The notes below the pieces were generated by a model. That model ran no database searches and was not told the origin of the DNA. It worked only from the letters and a program-made list of their open reading frames with translations. Shown here in pieces: positions 42,520 through 52,466 of a stretch of 64,000 nt of DNA. Made by a program: the position numbers and the translations under genes. Source of the stretch: Nitrosopumilus sp. (GTDB lineage Archaea > Thermoproteota > Nitrososphaeria > Nitrososphaerales > Nitrosopumilaceae). The stretch lies in the NCBI GenBank assembly GCA_965238275.1, contig OZ250186.1:1440001-1504000 (forward strand), written 5' to 3'. The number at the start of each line of letters is the position of its first letter. Within the stretch, counting starts at the first letter, position 1.

Positions 42520-43161
42520 GTGGACATTGTCGATCTGTTTCCGTTTGCCCCCGAGGTCGGCTATCTGAGCCTTGGACTTGTAAACTTTATCGGCTCGCTT
42601 GTCCCGTTTGTCCCGCTGCCCGGATTCCTGCTGCTTGCAACCATGTCGGTAGGCGACCAGTACGACCTGCACATCCTGGCGATACTCTCTGCTGTTACTG
42701 CCACTGCCGCAAAGCAGATAATATTCTATGCAAGCTACGGGGGGCGACGAATAATCAATGAAAAGACCAGGCGCCGGATGCGGCCGTTTGAGAGGCTGGT
42801 CAAGAGGTATGGTGCGGGGGCCGCGTTCTTTGCAGCAGCCACGCCGATCCCTGACGACCTGGTATACGTCCCGCTGGGCCTTGCCCGGTACAATCCTGCA
42901 CGCTTCTTTGTAGCCACCCTTACCGGAAAGATTGTCCTGAGTTATGTCATCGTGTTTGTATCCCACCACCTGGGCCAGTCTATTGCAGAGCCGTTCCTGG
43001 TGAACATCAACGATGCAACGCCGGTATACATCGGCATCATCATATTTGGCGCCTCGATGAGCGCAGTTGTAATCCTGCTCCTAAAGCTGGACTGGCACAG
43101 AATCCTTGGGAGGGTCGCCCCGTGGACCATTGTTGATGACGATGGTGACGATCGCGACTAG
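42520..43161 (+). CDS. VTT/DedA-like membrane protein
   Basis: Hydrophobic; ATPIPDD..PLGL..FFVATLTGK. Confidence 0.8.
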   Translation: MDIVDLFPFAPEVGYLSLGLVNFIGSLVPFVPLPGFLLLATMSVGDQYDLHILAILSAVTATAAKQIIFYASYGGRRIINEKTRRRMRPFERLVKRYGAGAAFFAAATPIPDDLVYVPLGLARYNPARFFVATLTGKIVLSYVIVFVSHHLGQSIAEPFLVNINDATPVYIGIIIFGASMSAVVILLLKLDWHRILGRVAPWTIVDDDGDDRD

Positions 43162-43733
43162 CAGTAGCCCATCTTAAAGTTCCAGAGCCTGTCTGTCGCC
43201 TTTCTGATTCCCACGCGCGGCGAGGCTGCAATCCTGTCTGCCCTGATGCCCTCTGCAATGAACAGGCGGGGATCTGCCGTCAGGTCGGTCCCGGAGTGTT
43301 CCCGCGTGATGCACAGCGCCTGCGTCAGCTTTGCAGGCCCGTCTGAAAGAATCCTTGCATCGCGGACCCTCCTGTTCTGGAGCATTATGTCCATGCCCCT
43401 CTCGGGCCTGATTGCGCGGATGAGGACCGCGCCTGCCTCGGCCGTCCCGTCCCTTGCCACCACGTTGAAGCAAAAGTGCATCCCATACGTAAAGTAGACG
43501 TATGCCGTGCCCACCTCCCCGAACATCACCCTGTTCCTCTTAGTAACGCCCCTGAATGCGTGGCTTGCAGGATCGTCTTCGTGCCCGTAGGCTTCAGTCT
43601 CCGTGATGATCCCCGAGATCTCGCCGCCGCCTGTCCTCCTGACCAGCCTCTTTCCCAGAAGGGCTCTTGCGGCAGGAACCGTGCCCTGCATGTAAAACTC
43701 CCTAGGAAGAGTATTCAATGTCCGCCCTGACAT
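43158..43733 (-). CDS. 3-methyladenine DNA glycosylase (MPG/AAG)
   Basis: ITETEAY, YVYFTYGMH, AVLIRA, GPAKL, RVGI. Confidence 0.92.
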   Translation of the reverse strand: MSGRTLNTLPREFYMQGTVPAARALLGKRLVRRTGGGEISGIITETEAYGHEDDPASHAFRGVTKRNRVMFGEVGTAYVYFTYGMHFCFNVVARDGTAEAGAVLIRAIRPERGMDIMLQNRRVRDARILSDGPAKLTQALCITREHSGTDLTADPRLFIAEGIRADRIAASPRVGIRKATDRLWNFKMGYC

Positions 43734-44292
43734 CCATGCCTCTCCTCAGCTCCCCCACTATCTCAAAGAGCCTTGCAATGTCCCCGTTCAGCACGCCGAC
43801 TAGCTCCTGCCTGTACAGGGTGGCTGCCGGGTGCACGGTGAGAAAGTACAGCTGGTTATCCATCCTGCATATCTTGCCCCTGACCTTGCCGATGCCGGTT
43901 CCGCCCAGTATGGAGCCAAACGCGGTATTGCCCATGATGCAGATTATCCTTGGCCTTACTACCTGCATCTCCTCGTCAAGGTGCCTCCTGCACGCCTCCC
44001 TCTCTGCGGCATCCGGGACCCTGTTGTCCGGCGGCCTGCACTTTACAACGTTTGTAATGTATACTGCATTCCTTGACGTTCCTGCAGCCTCCAGCGCCTG
44101 GGAGAGCCTCTGGCCTGCGGCGCCGACAAACGGCTGGCCCCTCATGTCCTCCGTCCTCCCGGGGGCCTCCCCGATGAACATGACGTCTGATGCAGGATTC
44201 CCGACTCCCGGGACTGCGCGGATCCTGGTCTTGCAAAGCTTGCATCCGGTACAGGATACGACCTCCTGCCTTAGAACCTCCAGCCTGTCCAT
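43702..44292 (-). CDS. Uracil-DNA glycosylase family 4
   Basis: CxxC, IGEAPG, PFVG, KCRPP, HPAA. Confidence 0.92.
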   Translation of the reverse strand: MDRLEVLRQEVVSCTGCKLCKTRIRAVPGVGNPASDVMFIGEAPGRTEDMRGQPFVGAAGQRLSQALEAAGTSRNAVYITNVVKCRPPDNRVPDAAEREACRRHLDEEMQVVRPRIICIMGNTAFGSILGGTGIGKVRGKICRMDNQLYFLTVHPAATLYRQELVGVLNGDIARLFEIVGELRRGMDVRADIEYSS

Positions 44293-45701
44293 TAGCCTGC
44301 GCTCCTGACTGTCGCCGTTCCCCGGATCGTGGGGCCGCCGTTTCCCATCACCATGGCCTGCATCGGATCGCCCTTGCCGCAGTTGGTGATCGGCCTTACG
44401 GCAAAGTCGTTCCCGCACGCATCAATTGACTGAAAGAACTCCGGGGCATTTCCCACCACTATCACGTCCCTGCACAGGTCCGTTATGGCGCCGTCCTCTA
44501 TCCTGTGCGCATACTGGCACGAGATGCTCCAGTTGTACCGCCTCATGTCGATTGATGGCACCTTCATGTTCGATATCAGGTATCCGCTTTTGACCCCTTT
44601 TATTATCTCCTCCGGGCTCTGGGTGCCGCCCCCGATGCAGGTGCAGGCCATGCGGATGAGCGGCATGTGCCTATAGTCTGCAGCCCTCATGTTTCCAGTC
44701 GGCTTAGTGCCAAAGACGCTCCCCGTCTCCCTGCTCTGCATGTGGCCTGTCAGGACCCCGTCCTGCACAAGGGGCGTCCTCTCCGTCCTGACCCCCTCGT
44801 CGTCAAACCGGTACCATCCCAGGCTTCTGCTGATGGTGGGATCGTCAAACACGTTGAGCTCCTCTGAGCCGATCCTCTGGCCCGTCATGCCCTTCCACCA
44901 TGCGCCGCCGGCCCATGCCATCTCCCTTCCAAGCACCCTGTCAGCCTCTGAGGGGTGGCCCAGTATCTCATGGGCAAGCAGCGCCACAAAGTCCGGATTC
45001 ATCACCACAGTCGTCGCGGCCTTGGACTCTGCTGCCGGCCCCGCCCTGGTCAGCTGTGATGCCTTTTGTGCAATGTCCTGTGCGGTATGGTATATCCTGT
45101 CATGGTCTGTTATCATCTCCATTCCCCCCCTTCCGCCCTCGGTGGCATCCACTGACTGCGTCAGCCCGGAATCGTGTGCGGTGGCGGCCATGTGTGCCGT
45201 CACGTCAGTAAAGTTTTGCAGAATCCCTGCACCCTCGCTGCTTGCAAAGTATTTTGAACACCTGGAGTACTGCGGGACCACAGTCGACTTTATGACCCCC
45301 GGGACATCGAGCATCGCCTTGCCGCACCGCACCCCAATCCGTACCATCTCCTCCATGTCCGGCCTCTTCAAAACCGGATAGTCCACATTGGCCTTTACGG
45401 CGGTACCCGGATACAGGCCTATCCCGGGGCCTGACGGCTTTTCCAGGATGCCGTCTATGCCGCACCTGACCTGCTCAAATGACTGCGGGCATGTAACTGA
45501 AAAGAACCCCCACGAGCCGGATCCTGCCAGCCTCACCCCGATGCCCATGTCCCTGGCAATGCTGGCATGGTCGGCCTGGCCGTCTTCAATCCGCACCGCA
45601 CCCCTCTCGTACTCTTCTGCCCTGGCGTCGCAGTACCTGGCACCAGAGTCTGCAGCATACCTTACTGCCCTGTCTGCCATCTCCTGCAGGTCCTGGTTCA
45701 T
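44292..45701 (-). CDS. tldD: TldD/PmbA family metalloprotease
   Basis: HEILGHPSEAD, DDEG, CGKG. Confidence 0.88.
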   Translation of the reverse strand: MNQDLQEMADRAVRYAADSGARYCDARAEEYERGAVRIEDGQADHASIARDMGIGVRLAGSGSWGFFSVTCPQSFEQVRCGIDGILEKPSGPGIGLYPGTAVKANVDYPVLKRPDMEEMVRIGVRCGKAMLDVPGVIKSTVVPQYSRCSKYFASSEGAGILQNFTDVTAHMAATAHDSGLTQSVDATEGGRGGMEMITDHDRIYHTAQDIAQKASQLTRAGPAAESKAATTVVMNPDFVALLAHEILGHPSEADRVLGREMAWAGGAWWKGMTGQRIGSEELNVFDDPTISRSLGWYRFDDEGVRTERTPLVQDGVLTGHMQSRETGSVFGTKPTGNMRAADYRHMPLIRMACTCIGGGTQSPEEIIKGVKSGYLISNMKVPSIDMRRYNWSISCQYAHRIEDGAITDLCRDVIVVGNAPEFFQSIDACGNDFAVRPITNCGKGDPMQAMVMGNGGPTIRGTATVRSAG

Positions 45702-45738
45702 ATCCTACGTGGGATGCATGCACTGGTAAGTCTTTTGC

Positions 45739-45873
45739 TCACCTGCTCGATATGGCAGGCATGGTAAAATAGTACTCGTCTTCAAAGCCGTAGTCGGTGG
45801 CGCATCTTTTCCGCAGGTACTCAAAGTATTCTGCGCAATCCCTGTAGAACCGGTGGTTTCTGTCTGGCTGCAT
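45739..45873 (-). CDS. 44-aa small protein (not in ORF track)
   Basis: MQPDRNHRFYRDCAEYFEYLRKRCATDYGFEDEYYFTMPAISSR, codon style like neighbours, upstream of tldD. Confidence 0.55.
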   Translation of the reverse strand: MQPDRNHRFYRDCAEYFEYLRKRCATDYGFEDEYYFTMPAISSR

Positions 45874-46056
45874 GGCATGTATTCTGGAATGAGGCTTTTT
45901 CTGACAGTGTAAGTAATTTTAGTCTGGCAGGTCTGTTTTCTTCAAGCATTCTGGAGTGGCCCGGCAGGCGCCTCTCCTGGGGCACGGCCCCCCGGCTCCC
46001 CGCAAGACTGCCTTAGAAAGGTAATTTAGGGCGCCTGCCGTGCCCATGAGCATACA

Positions 46057-47898
46057 ATGTCCAAAATAGTGACAGACACAAGCGTCATAATCAACGGCCA
46101 GCTTATTGCCCAGATAGAGTCCGGCTCCATACGCAACTCCGAGATCATCATACCGCAGGCAGTCGTTGACGAGCTGCAGTCCCAGGCATCCATGAACAGG
46201 GAGCAGGGGTTTGAAGGGCTCAAGAAGATGCAGAGGCTTGCAGACATATCGGGCAGCTACGGCCTGCAGGTTGCGACACGCGGGGATCACCCGTCAGGCG
46301 ATGACATCGTGCTTGCCGCCGGGGGGAGAATAGACGCCCTTGTCATCGACATGGCCAGGGACAGCGGGGCAACACTCTACACGTCAGACCGCGTCCAGCA
46401 TCTGGTGGCCCGGGCGCAGGGAATCCAGACCGTCCTTTTGAGGGATGATGCCGGCCACAGCACGACCCTGGAATTCCTAAAGTTCTTTGACCCTGAGACC
46501 ATGAGCGTGCACCTCAAGGAGAACCAGAAGCCCATGGCAAAGCGGGGACGGCCGGGCGCGTTTCTGCTGGATGTAATCGGCGACGAGGCGCTGTCTGCAG
46601 AATACCTGAATGTCATCTCCTCGCAGATGCTGGACATGGCTGCTGCCTCAGACGACGGCACAGTCGAGATCTCAAAGACCGGGGCGTCTGTCGTACAGTA
46701 TCTGGACTACCGCATAGTCATAACGCGCCCGCCGTTTTCAGAATCAATCGAGATAACAATAGTGCACCCGATAGCAAAACTCACCCTTGAGGACTATTCG
46801 GTATCTGACAAGCTGATGATGCGCCTTACTGACAGGGCGGAGGGAATCGTGATATCCGGCGCGCCCGGTTCCGGCAAGAGCACGTTTGCCTCGAGCATTG
46901 GAAACTTTTACCACCAGCAGGGCAAGATAGTCAAGACGTTCGAGTCTCCAAGGGATCTGCAGGTTGATTCGGGAGTCACCCAGTACGGCAAGCTTGACGG
47001 CAGCTTTGAGAATGCAGCCGACATCCTGCTGCTTGTGCGCCCGGACTATACCATATTTGACGAGGTAAGGCGGCGGGAGGACTTTGGAACGTTTGCAGAC
47101 ATGAGGATGTCCGGGGTCGGGCTGGTGGGGGTGATCCATGCAAACTCGCCCCTGGATGCAATCCAGCGATTCATAGGCAAGATTGAACTTGGAATAATCC
47201 CCAACGTTTTGGATACTGTAATCTTTGTGATGGACGGCAGGATCAAAAAGGTCTACGACCTGGAGCTGAAGGTAAAGGTCCCCTCGGGAATGACCGAGTC
47301 TGATCTGGCAAGGCCGGTGATAGAGGTACGGGACTTTGATGACAACACGCTTGAGCATGAGATCTATACGTTTGGAGAGGAGAACGTAATCGTGCCGGTC
47401 GCAGGCAAGTCCCAAAAGGCGGGCCTCCAAAAGCTTGCAGAAGAGAGGATCAAGGACACCTTCCGGATGTATGATCCGGGCGCGCAGGTGGAACTGGTAT
47501 CTGAGAACAGGGCAAGGGTGTCGGTGGACGAGCGGTCCATCAGGTCCATCATCGGCCGCGGCGGCTCCAACATCGAGTCGATTCAAAAGCTCCTCAACAT
47601 CCATGTTGACATCGTCAAGAAGGAGTCCGGGAATGATGGTGCTGCCGCCGCTGCCGCTGCTGCAGAGTCCGGCGATCTTCCGTTCACCTTCTCAGAGTCG
47701 CGGGGCGCGGTGTTTTTGACTGTCAGCAAGAGGTACGCCTCGATGCATGCAGACATCTATGCAGGCGGTGAGTGCCTGGGGCCCGTACGGATAGGCAGGC
47801 GGGGGCAGATAAAGATCCCGCGCCACTCTGAGACTGCCCGCGAGATCACCGGCCTGAAGTCGTCTGATGACATCCGGGTATGCCTTAGAGACTACTGA
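46057..47898 (+). CDS. PIN-domain ATPase with KH domain (PINA)
   Basis: IVTDTS PIN, GAPGSGKS, DEVR, IIGRGG KH. Confidence 0.88.
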   Translation: MSKIVTDTSVIINGQLIAQIESGSIRNSEIIIPQAVVDELQSQASMNREQGFEGLKKMQRLADISGSYGLQVATRGDHPSGDDIVLAAGGRIDALVIDMARDSGATLYTSDRVQHLVARAQGIQTVLLRDDAGHSTTLEFLKFFDPETMSVHLKENQKPMAKRGRPGAFLLDVIGDEALSAEYLNVISSQMLDMAAASDDGTVEISKTGASVVQYLDYRIVITRPPFSESIEITIVHPIAKLTLEDYSVSDKLMMRLTDRAEGIVISGAPGSGKSTFASSIGNFYHQQGKIVKTFESPRDLQVDSGVTQYGKLDGSFENAADILLLVRPDYTIFDEVRRREDFGTFADMRMSGVGLVGVIHANSPLDAIQRFIGKIELGIIPNVLDTVIFVMDGRIKKVYDLELKVKVPSGMTESDLARPVIEVRDFDDNTLEHEIYTFGEENVIVPVAGKSQKAGLQKLAEERIKDTFRMYDPGAQVELVSENRARVSVDERSIRSIIGRGGSNIESIQKLLNIHVDIVKKESGNDGAAAAAAAAESGDLPFTFSESRGAVFLTVSKRYASMHADIYAGGECLGPVRIGRRGQIKIPRHSETAREITGLKSSDDIRVCLRDY

Positions 47899-48349
47899 AT
47901 TCCTTGATGATCCCCGGGTTTGATTTCAGAAACGCGACAAACTTTCCCAGCTGCCTTGTCGTCTTTGGGTTGAGATGGTGCTCGATTCCCTCGGCATCCT
48001 GGCTTGCCGTCTCATACTCTATTCCCAGCATCTCAAAAAACTCCAGCAGCGTACTGTGCTTCTGCCTGATTCCCTCTGCCACCTGCGCCCCCTTGCGCGT
48101 CAGGTTGATGCCGTGATACTTTTCATACTCTAGAAACCCGTTCTCGTCAAGCCGCTTGAGCATCTTGGTCACGCTTGGCGCGCTGACGTTCATGTACATT
48201 GAGACATCCTGCATGGTCGCATACCCTTTCAACTCTACCAGCTCGGAGATTATCTCCAGATAGTCCTCCATCCTGGTGCTTGACTTGGTCCTCTCCAAGC
48301 GGTGGGCGGCCTTGATTGAGTCAAGCCTTCTTACGCTCTTGTCACTCAT
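47885..48349 (-). CDS. mntR: DtxR/MntR metal-dependent regulator
   Basis: MEDYLE, VSAPSVTKMLKRL, DAEGIEHHL. Confidence 0.88.
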   Translation of the reverse strand: MSDKSVRRLDSIKAAHRLERTKSSTRMEDYLEIISELVELKGYATMQDVSMYMNVSAPSVTKMLKRLDENGFLEYEKYHGINLTRKGAQVAEGIRQKHSTLLEFFEMLGIEYETASQDAEGIEHHLNPKTTRQLGKFVAFLKSNPGIIKEFSSL

Positions 48350-48643
48350 CTGATCTATTTGGACGATCCTAGTATAATTGGATGTCTCCTTCAGTCGTGC
48401 ATGCTCGGACAGCCCCAAAACCGGGCATGACTGCTTGCAGAATTAATCGTACCCGCCTTTGGCCCAACGAATGCCGCCACCCTGTCTCCTGCATGGTGCC
48501 TCCCCCTCCCCCGTGACTCCCTCCGGACCGGCATGCACGTGTTTCCTGGGCGGGCTGTACGGCATGACACCCTGGAAGTTTTGTTATCCTTTGTTGACCT
48601 TGTAGTGATCGTATTTGATCATTGAATCTTAACTATTCATTCC

Positions 48644-49009
48644 ATGATGGCATACTGTATGGATGATCCTCTAAAGGAACGACTGGACAAGCTTAGACGG
48701 CATTCTGCATCCGTGCACAGGATGGCAGACATGTACTCTGATGTTGCCCAGATGGACGACCGGCACGTGGCCGGCTCGCTTGGCGCACTTAACAAAGCCC
48801 CGGCACCTGGCAAAAAACTCCAAAAGATCGGACTGGCCATGATCTGGATTCCGGAGCCAACCTTTGTCAGCTGCGCAGTCGGCGGCGCCATGATTGCAAC
48901 AGGCAGGTATTTTGACAAAAAGTACAACGGCACAACCATTACCGATATAGGCCATGAGACAAAAAATACAATCGGCGCCATTCGCGGCTTCAAGGAATCC
49001 GTATTCTGA
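48644..49009 (+). CDS. Hypothetical membrane protein
   Basis: IWIPEPTFVSCAVGGAMIA hydrophobic hairpin. Confidence 0.65.
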   Translation: MMAYCMDDPLKERLDKLRRHSASVHRMADMYSDVAQMDDRHVAGSLGALNKAPAPGKKLQKIGLAMIWIPEPTFVSCAVGGAMIATGRYFDKKYNGTTITDIGHETKNTIGAIRGFKESVF

Positions 49010-49100
49010 CCTGTCTGACATACGCAGATCCCACACCCTGGCATGCCGACTGCACACCCTGGCAGCCTAGTTTTAAAAAGGGGACGCCCCAACCTAGTCT

Positions 49101-49592
49101 GTGACCACCAGGACACAGGCACTGGTGCCAATCACGATTGCCGCTGTGATAATTGGCATTGTAGGGCTGATATCCATCCCAAGCGAAAGCAAGCTCGAAT
49201 CAGTCGAGTTTCCCAGGGGAACAATCCTGATAGACGACATCCCCCTCGAGGTCCAGATTGCAGACACTGACCCGAGGCGGGTCCGGGGACTGATGTTCCA
49301 GGATCAGCTCCCGTATGATCAGGGCATGATATTTGTCTTTGACGACCCGGGCATCCATTCCATCTGGATGCTCAACATGCAGTTCCCCCTTGACATGATC
49401 TGGTTTGATCAGGACGGCACGGTGGTCCATATAGCAGAGGACGTTCCGCCGTGCAGGACCGCCCTTGAGATTACGACATGCACAAGTATCGTCCCTGACG
49501 GTGAGGCATTCTACGTCCTTGAAGTCACGGCCGGATTTGTCCAGCAGAACAACATCACCAAGGATTCGGTATTGAGCATCATCTCAATCTAG
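49101..49592 (+). CDS. DUF192 family protein
   Basis: RGLMF, GMIFVF, WMLNMQFPLD, YVLEV. Confidence 0.88.
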   Translation: MTTRTQALVPITIAAVIIGIVGLISIPSESKLESVEFPRGTILIDDIPLEVQIADTDPRRVRGLMFQDQLPYDQGMIFVFDDPGIHSIWMLNMQFPLDMIWFDQDGTVVHIAEDVPPCRTALEITTCTSIVPDGEAFYVLEVTAGFVQQNNITKDSVLSIISI

Positions 49593-49765
49593 AATCCGCA
49601 GACGCCCCGGCCTTGGAAACCGTACCCTGGTTCCCTACCCGAACCCGACTGGGGATGTGATGCAGACGCATCAAGCCATGCGTAAGTAATCCTGTAAATA
49701 CTGACGAATTCCAACCGCCCGCGGGATTCAGCGGCATTAATATATGATCACATGCGGACGACAAC

Positions 49766-52231
49766 ATGATGAAATGGCTGGTGGCAGTACCGATTATTCT
49801 TGGTGTGGCAGTGTTTGGCGAAGCGTTTGCCGAACAGGGCACGTACGTGGATTCCATCAAGTTCATCCAGTATCTGGATGAGAACATAGCGCTGGAGGAG
49901 GTCCGGAATGGAAACCTGGACATCTACTACTGGACAATTCCCTCAGACAGGCTGGAGGGCAAGGATGCCCAGCGGGGGCTGCACGTGTTTAACTCTACTG
50001 GCGGCTCGTTTAGCATGCTTGTAAATCCGGCCGAGACCGAGCAGTTCAACCCATTTGCCGACAGGGATGCCAGATTTGCACTGAACTATCTGGTGGACAG
50101 GAAGCTGTTTGTAAACGAGCTGATGGGAGGGTTTGGCGCGCCAACCGTGTCATACTATGATCCGTCACATCCGGAGTACCTGACAATCATCGAGCAGGTG
50201 GAGGGGTTTAACTTTGTATACAATCCGGCGCTTGCAGAAGAGATCATTTCAAAATCCATGATTGAGCGGGGGGCAGTCAAGGCCGACGGCATGTGGCTGG
50301 CAGACTCCGCGCCAGTCGAGATTACAATATTTATCCGAAGCGACGATCCAATCAGGAAATCAATAGGCGCGATTCTGGCATCAGAGCTGGAAAGGATAGG
50401 GTTCACAGTCTCCAGGGATTTTGGTGATCTCAACAAGGCGTTTGCCGTAGTTTATGGCTCGGATCCGGCAGGCCTGCAATGGCACCTGTACACGGAGGGA
50501 TGGGGCAGTTCTGCGTTTGTAAGGTATGACTCTGTCGGAATCGGACAGATGTATGCCCCGTGGTTCTCAAGCATGCCAGGATTCAACGATCCGACGTACT
50601 GGAACTATGAAAATGAGAAACTGGACTCCCTGACCCAGAAGATATACACCGGAAACTATTCGGACGCCGAAGAGAGGGCCTCCCTGATCCAGGACGGGGT
50701 CACCGAAGGCATTTCAGAGTCCGTGAGGATCTTTCTTGCAAGCAACACCGACCAGTATGTGGTGAATGAGGGCACCTCGGGCATAATCAACGACTTTGGC
50801 GCAGGAGTTCCAAGCAGGTTTACCCCGATTAACGCAAGAAGCGATGACGGAGACATCGCCATAGGAGTCAAGCACATCTACCAGGGATCGTGGAATCCGG
50901 TGGCCGGCCTGACAGACCTCTACAGCAATCACATATGGGGCATCCTGTCGGATCCTGCAACATTCAAGCATCCGTACACCGGGGAGACGTTTCCTGTAAG
51001 GGCAGACTACCAAATTGAGACTGCGGGGCCGGACGGCAAGCTGGATCTTCCGGACGGGGCAATAACATGGGATCCGCAGCTGCAGGAGTGGACCAGTGTG
51101 CCGCACAACGCGTCTGCGACAAGCAAGGCGACATTTGACTTCAAGTTCAGCAAATGGCACAACGGCGAATGGATGGACATGAACGATATCATGTACTCGC
51201 TTTATTTCGTGATGGAGTGGGGAAGCGAGGCCGGTGAAAACGACAAGACGTTTGATTCGTCATTTACGCCAAGGGCCTCCCAGTATACCCAGACCATAAT
51301 CGGCGTAAACCCCGTCGATGCTGACACCATCGAGGTCTACGTGGACTATTGGCACTTTGATGAAAACGAGATTGCAGACTGGGCCGCATTGTGGAGCTCC
51401 GTACCGTGGGAGATCACAGCGGCCATGGAAGACGTGGTGATTGACGGAAAGGCGTCATTTTCAAGATCAGCTGCCACAAGCAAGGGCATCAGCTGGCTTT
51501 CGCTGCTGATTCCAAACGATGCAGGCCTCGTAAGGGAGTCCCTGCTGGAGTTCAGCGATGAGGGACATGTGCCTGCTGCACTGGACGGCCTGGGTGCAAG
51601 ATACCTTCAGGACAGGTACGGCGCATCTGCGGCATGGATTGCAGAAAACGACCATGCGGTGATAAGCAACGGTCCGTTCTACCTGGATTCGTACAGTCCT
51701 GAGGCAAGGACAATCCGCGTCAGCGCGTTTGATGACGAGTCATACCCGTTCCCGGCAGGCCAGTGGTCAAAGTTTGAGGAGGTCAAGTTCCCCACCATCC
51801 GATATGCAGACGTAGCAGACATCGTTCAAAAGGGAGAGGCCCTTGAGATCGAGATAGGCACCGAAGGCGCAGACTCAGTCATCTACTTTCTGACAAGCAG
51901 CAGCGGGGAGGTAATATCCCAGACACAGGAGATAAGTGCAGACCGTACTGTAATCACAGTGTCTGCAGAGGACACGCAAAGCCTTGGAATCGGCGCAGGC
52001 AACATCAAGATATTTGCAGCATCCGAGTCGGTCCTAAAACCTGACTTTTACGAGTCAAGTTTTCTTGTAGTTGATGACAGCGCTATTCTGCCCACCCAAA
52101 TCACAACTGAAATTGAAGTTGTGGAGGCTGAACCCGAGTACGGGATATGGATTGCCCTCTTGGTCGCAATAACAATCGGAATCGGCGCATATCTCGGCGT
52201 CTACAAGAGACGGCAATCCGTGAAGGCATAA
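49766..52231 (+). CDS. ABC peptide/nickel substrate-binding protein (family 5), membrane anchored
   Basis: Signal peptide, RFALNYLVDR, KWHNG, NGPFYL, C-terminal TM. Confidence 0.85.
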   Translation: MMKWLVAVPIILGVAVFGEAFAEQGTYVDSIKFIQYLDENIALEEVRNGNLDIYYWTIPSDRLEGKDAQRGLHVFNSTGGSFSMLVNPAETEQFNPFADRDARFALNYLVDRKLFVNELMGGFGAPTVSYYDPSHPEYLTIIEQVEGFNFVYNPALAEEIISKSMIERGAVKADGMWLADSAPVEITIFIRSDDPIRKSIGAILASELERIGFTVSRDFGDLNKAFAVVYGSDPAGLQWHLYTEGWGSSAFVRYDSVGIGQMYAPWFSSMPGFNDPTYWNYENEKLDSLTQKIYTGNYSDAEERASLIQDGVTEGISESVRIFLASNTDQYVVNEGTSGIINDFGAGVPSRFTPINARSDDGDIAIGVKHIYQGSWNPVAGLTDLYSNHIWGILSDPATFKHPYTGETFPVRADYQIETAGPDGKLDLPDGAITWDPQLQEWTSVPHNASATSKATFDFKFSKWHNGEWMDMNDIMYSLYFVMEWGSEAGENDKTFDSSFTPRASQYTQTIIGVNPVDADTIEVYVDYWHFDENEIADWAALWSSVPWEITAAMEDVVIDGKASFSRSAATSKGISWLSLLIPNDAGLVRESLLEFSDEGHVPAALDGLGARYLQDRYGASAAWIAENDHAVISNGPFYLDSYSPEARTIRVSAFDDESYPFPAGQWSKFEEVKFPTIRYADVADIVQKGEALEIEIGTEGADSVIYFLTSSSGEVISQTQEISADRTVITVSAEDTQSLGIGAGNIKIFAASESVLKPDFYESSFLVVDDSAILPTQITTEIEVVEAEPEYGIWIALLVAITIGIGAYLGVYKRRQSVKA

Positions 52232-52466
52232 ATTTCCATTCTCTCACAACAGCAACTTTGCCGTGCAAGGTGGCGGAAGTAATGAATTTTGAGAGCGGCA
52301 GTCAGCTGAGACTGGACATGCTCTACCATGTCTCCGGCAGCAATGCAGATGTCAGCGTGGCCTGCATGGACGATGCTCAGGACGTGCAGACCTACGTTGG
52401 TGGGCTGCTCGCGGAGAGCCTTATCAGGAACACCGACTGCGTGGATGCATCTGGCGGTGTCTAAAT

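Noticed and set aside
52147-52464. Small ORF between the ABC binding protein and S8 protease
   Set aside because: No motifs and overlaps the upstream gene; cannot be supported
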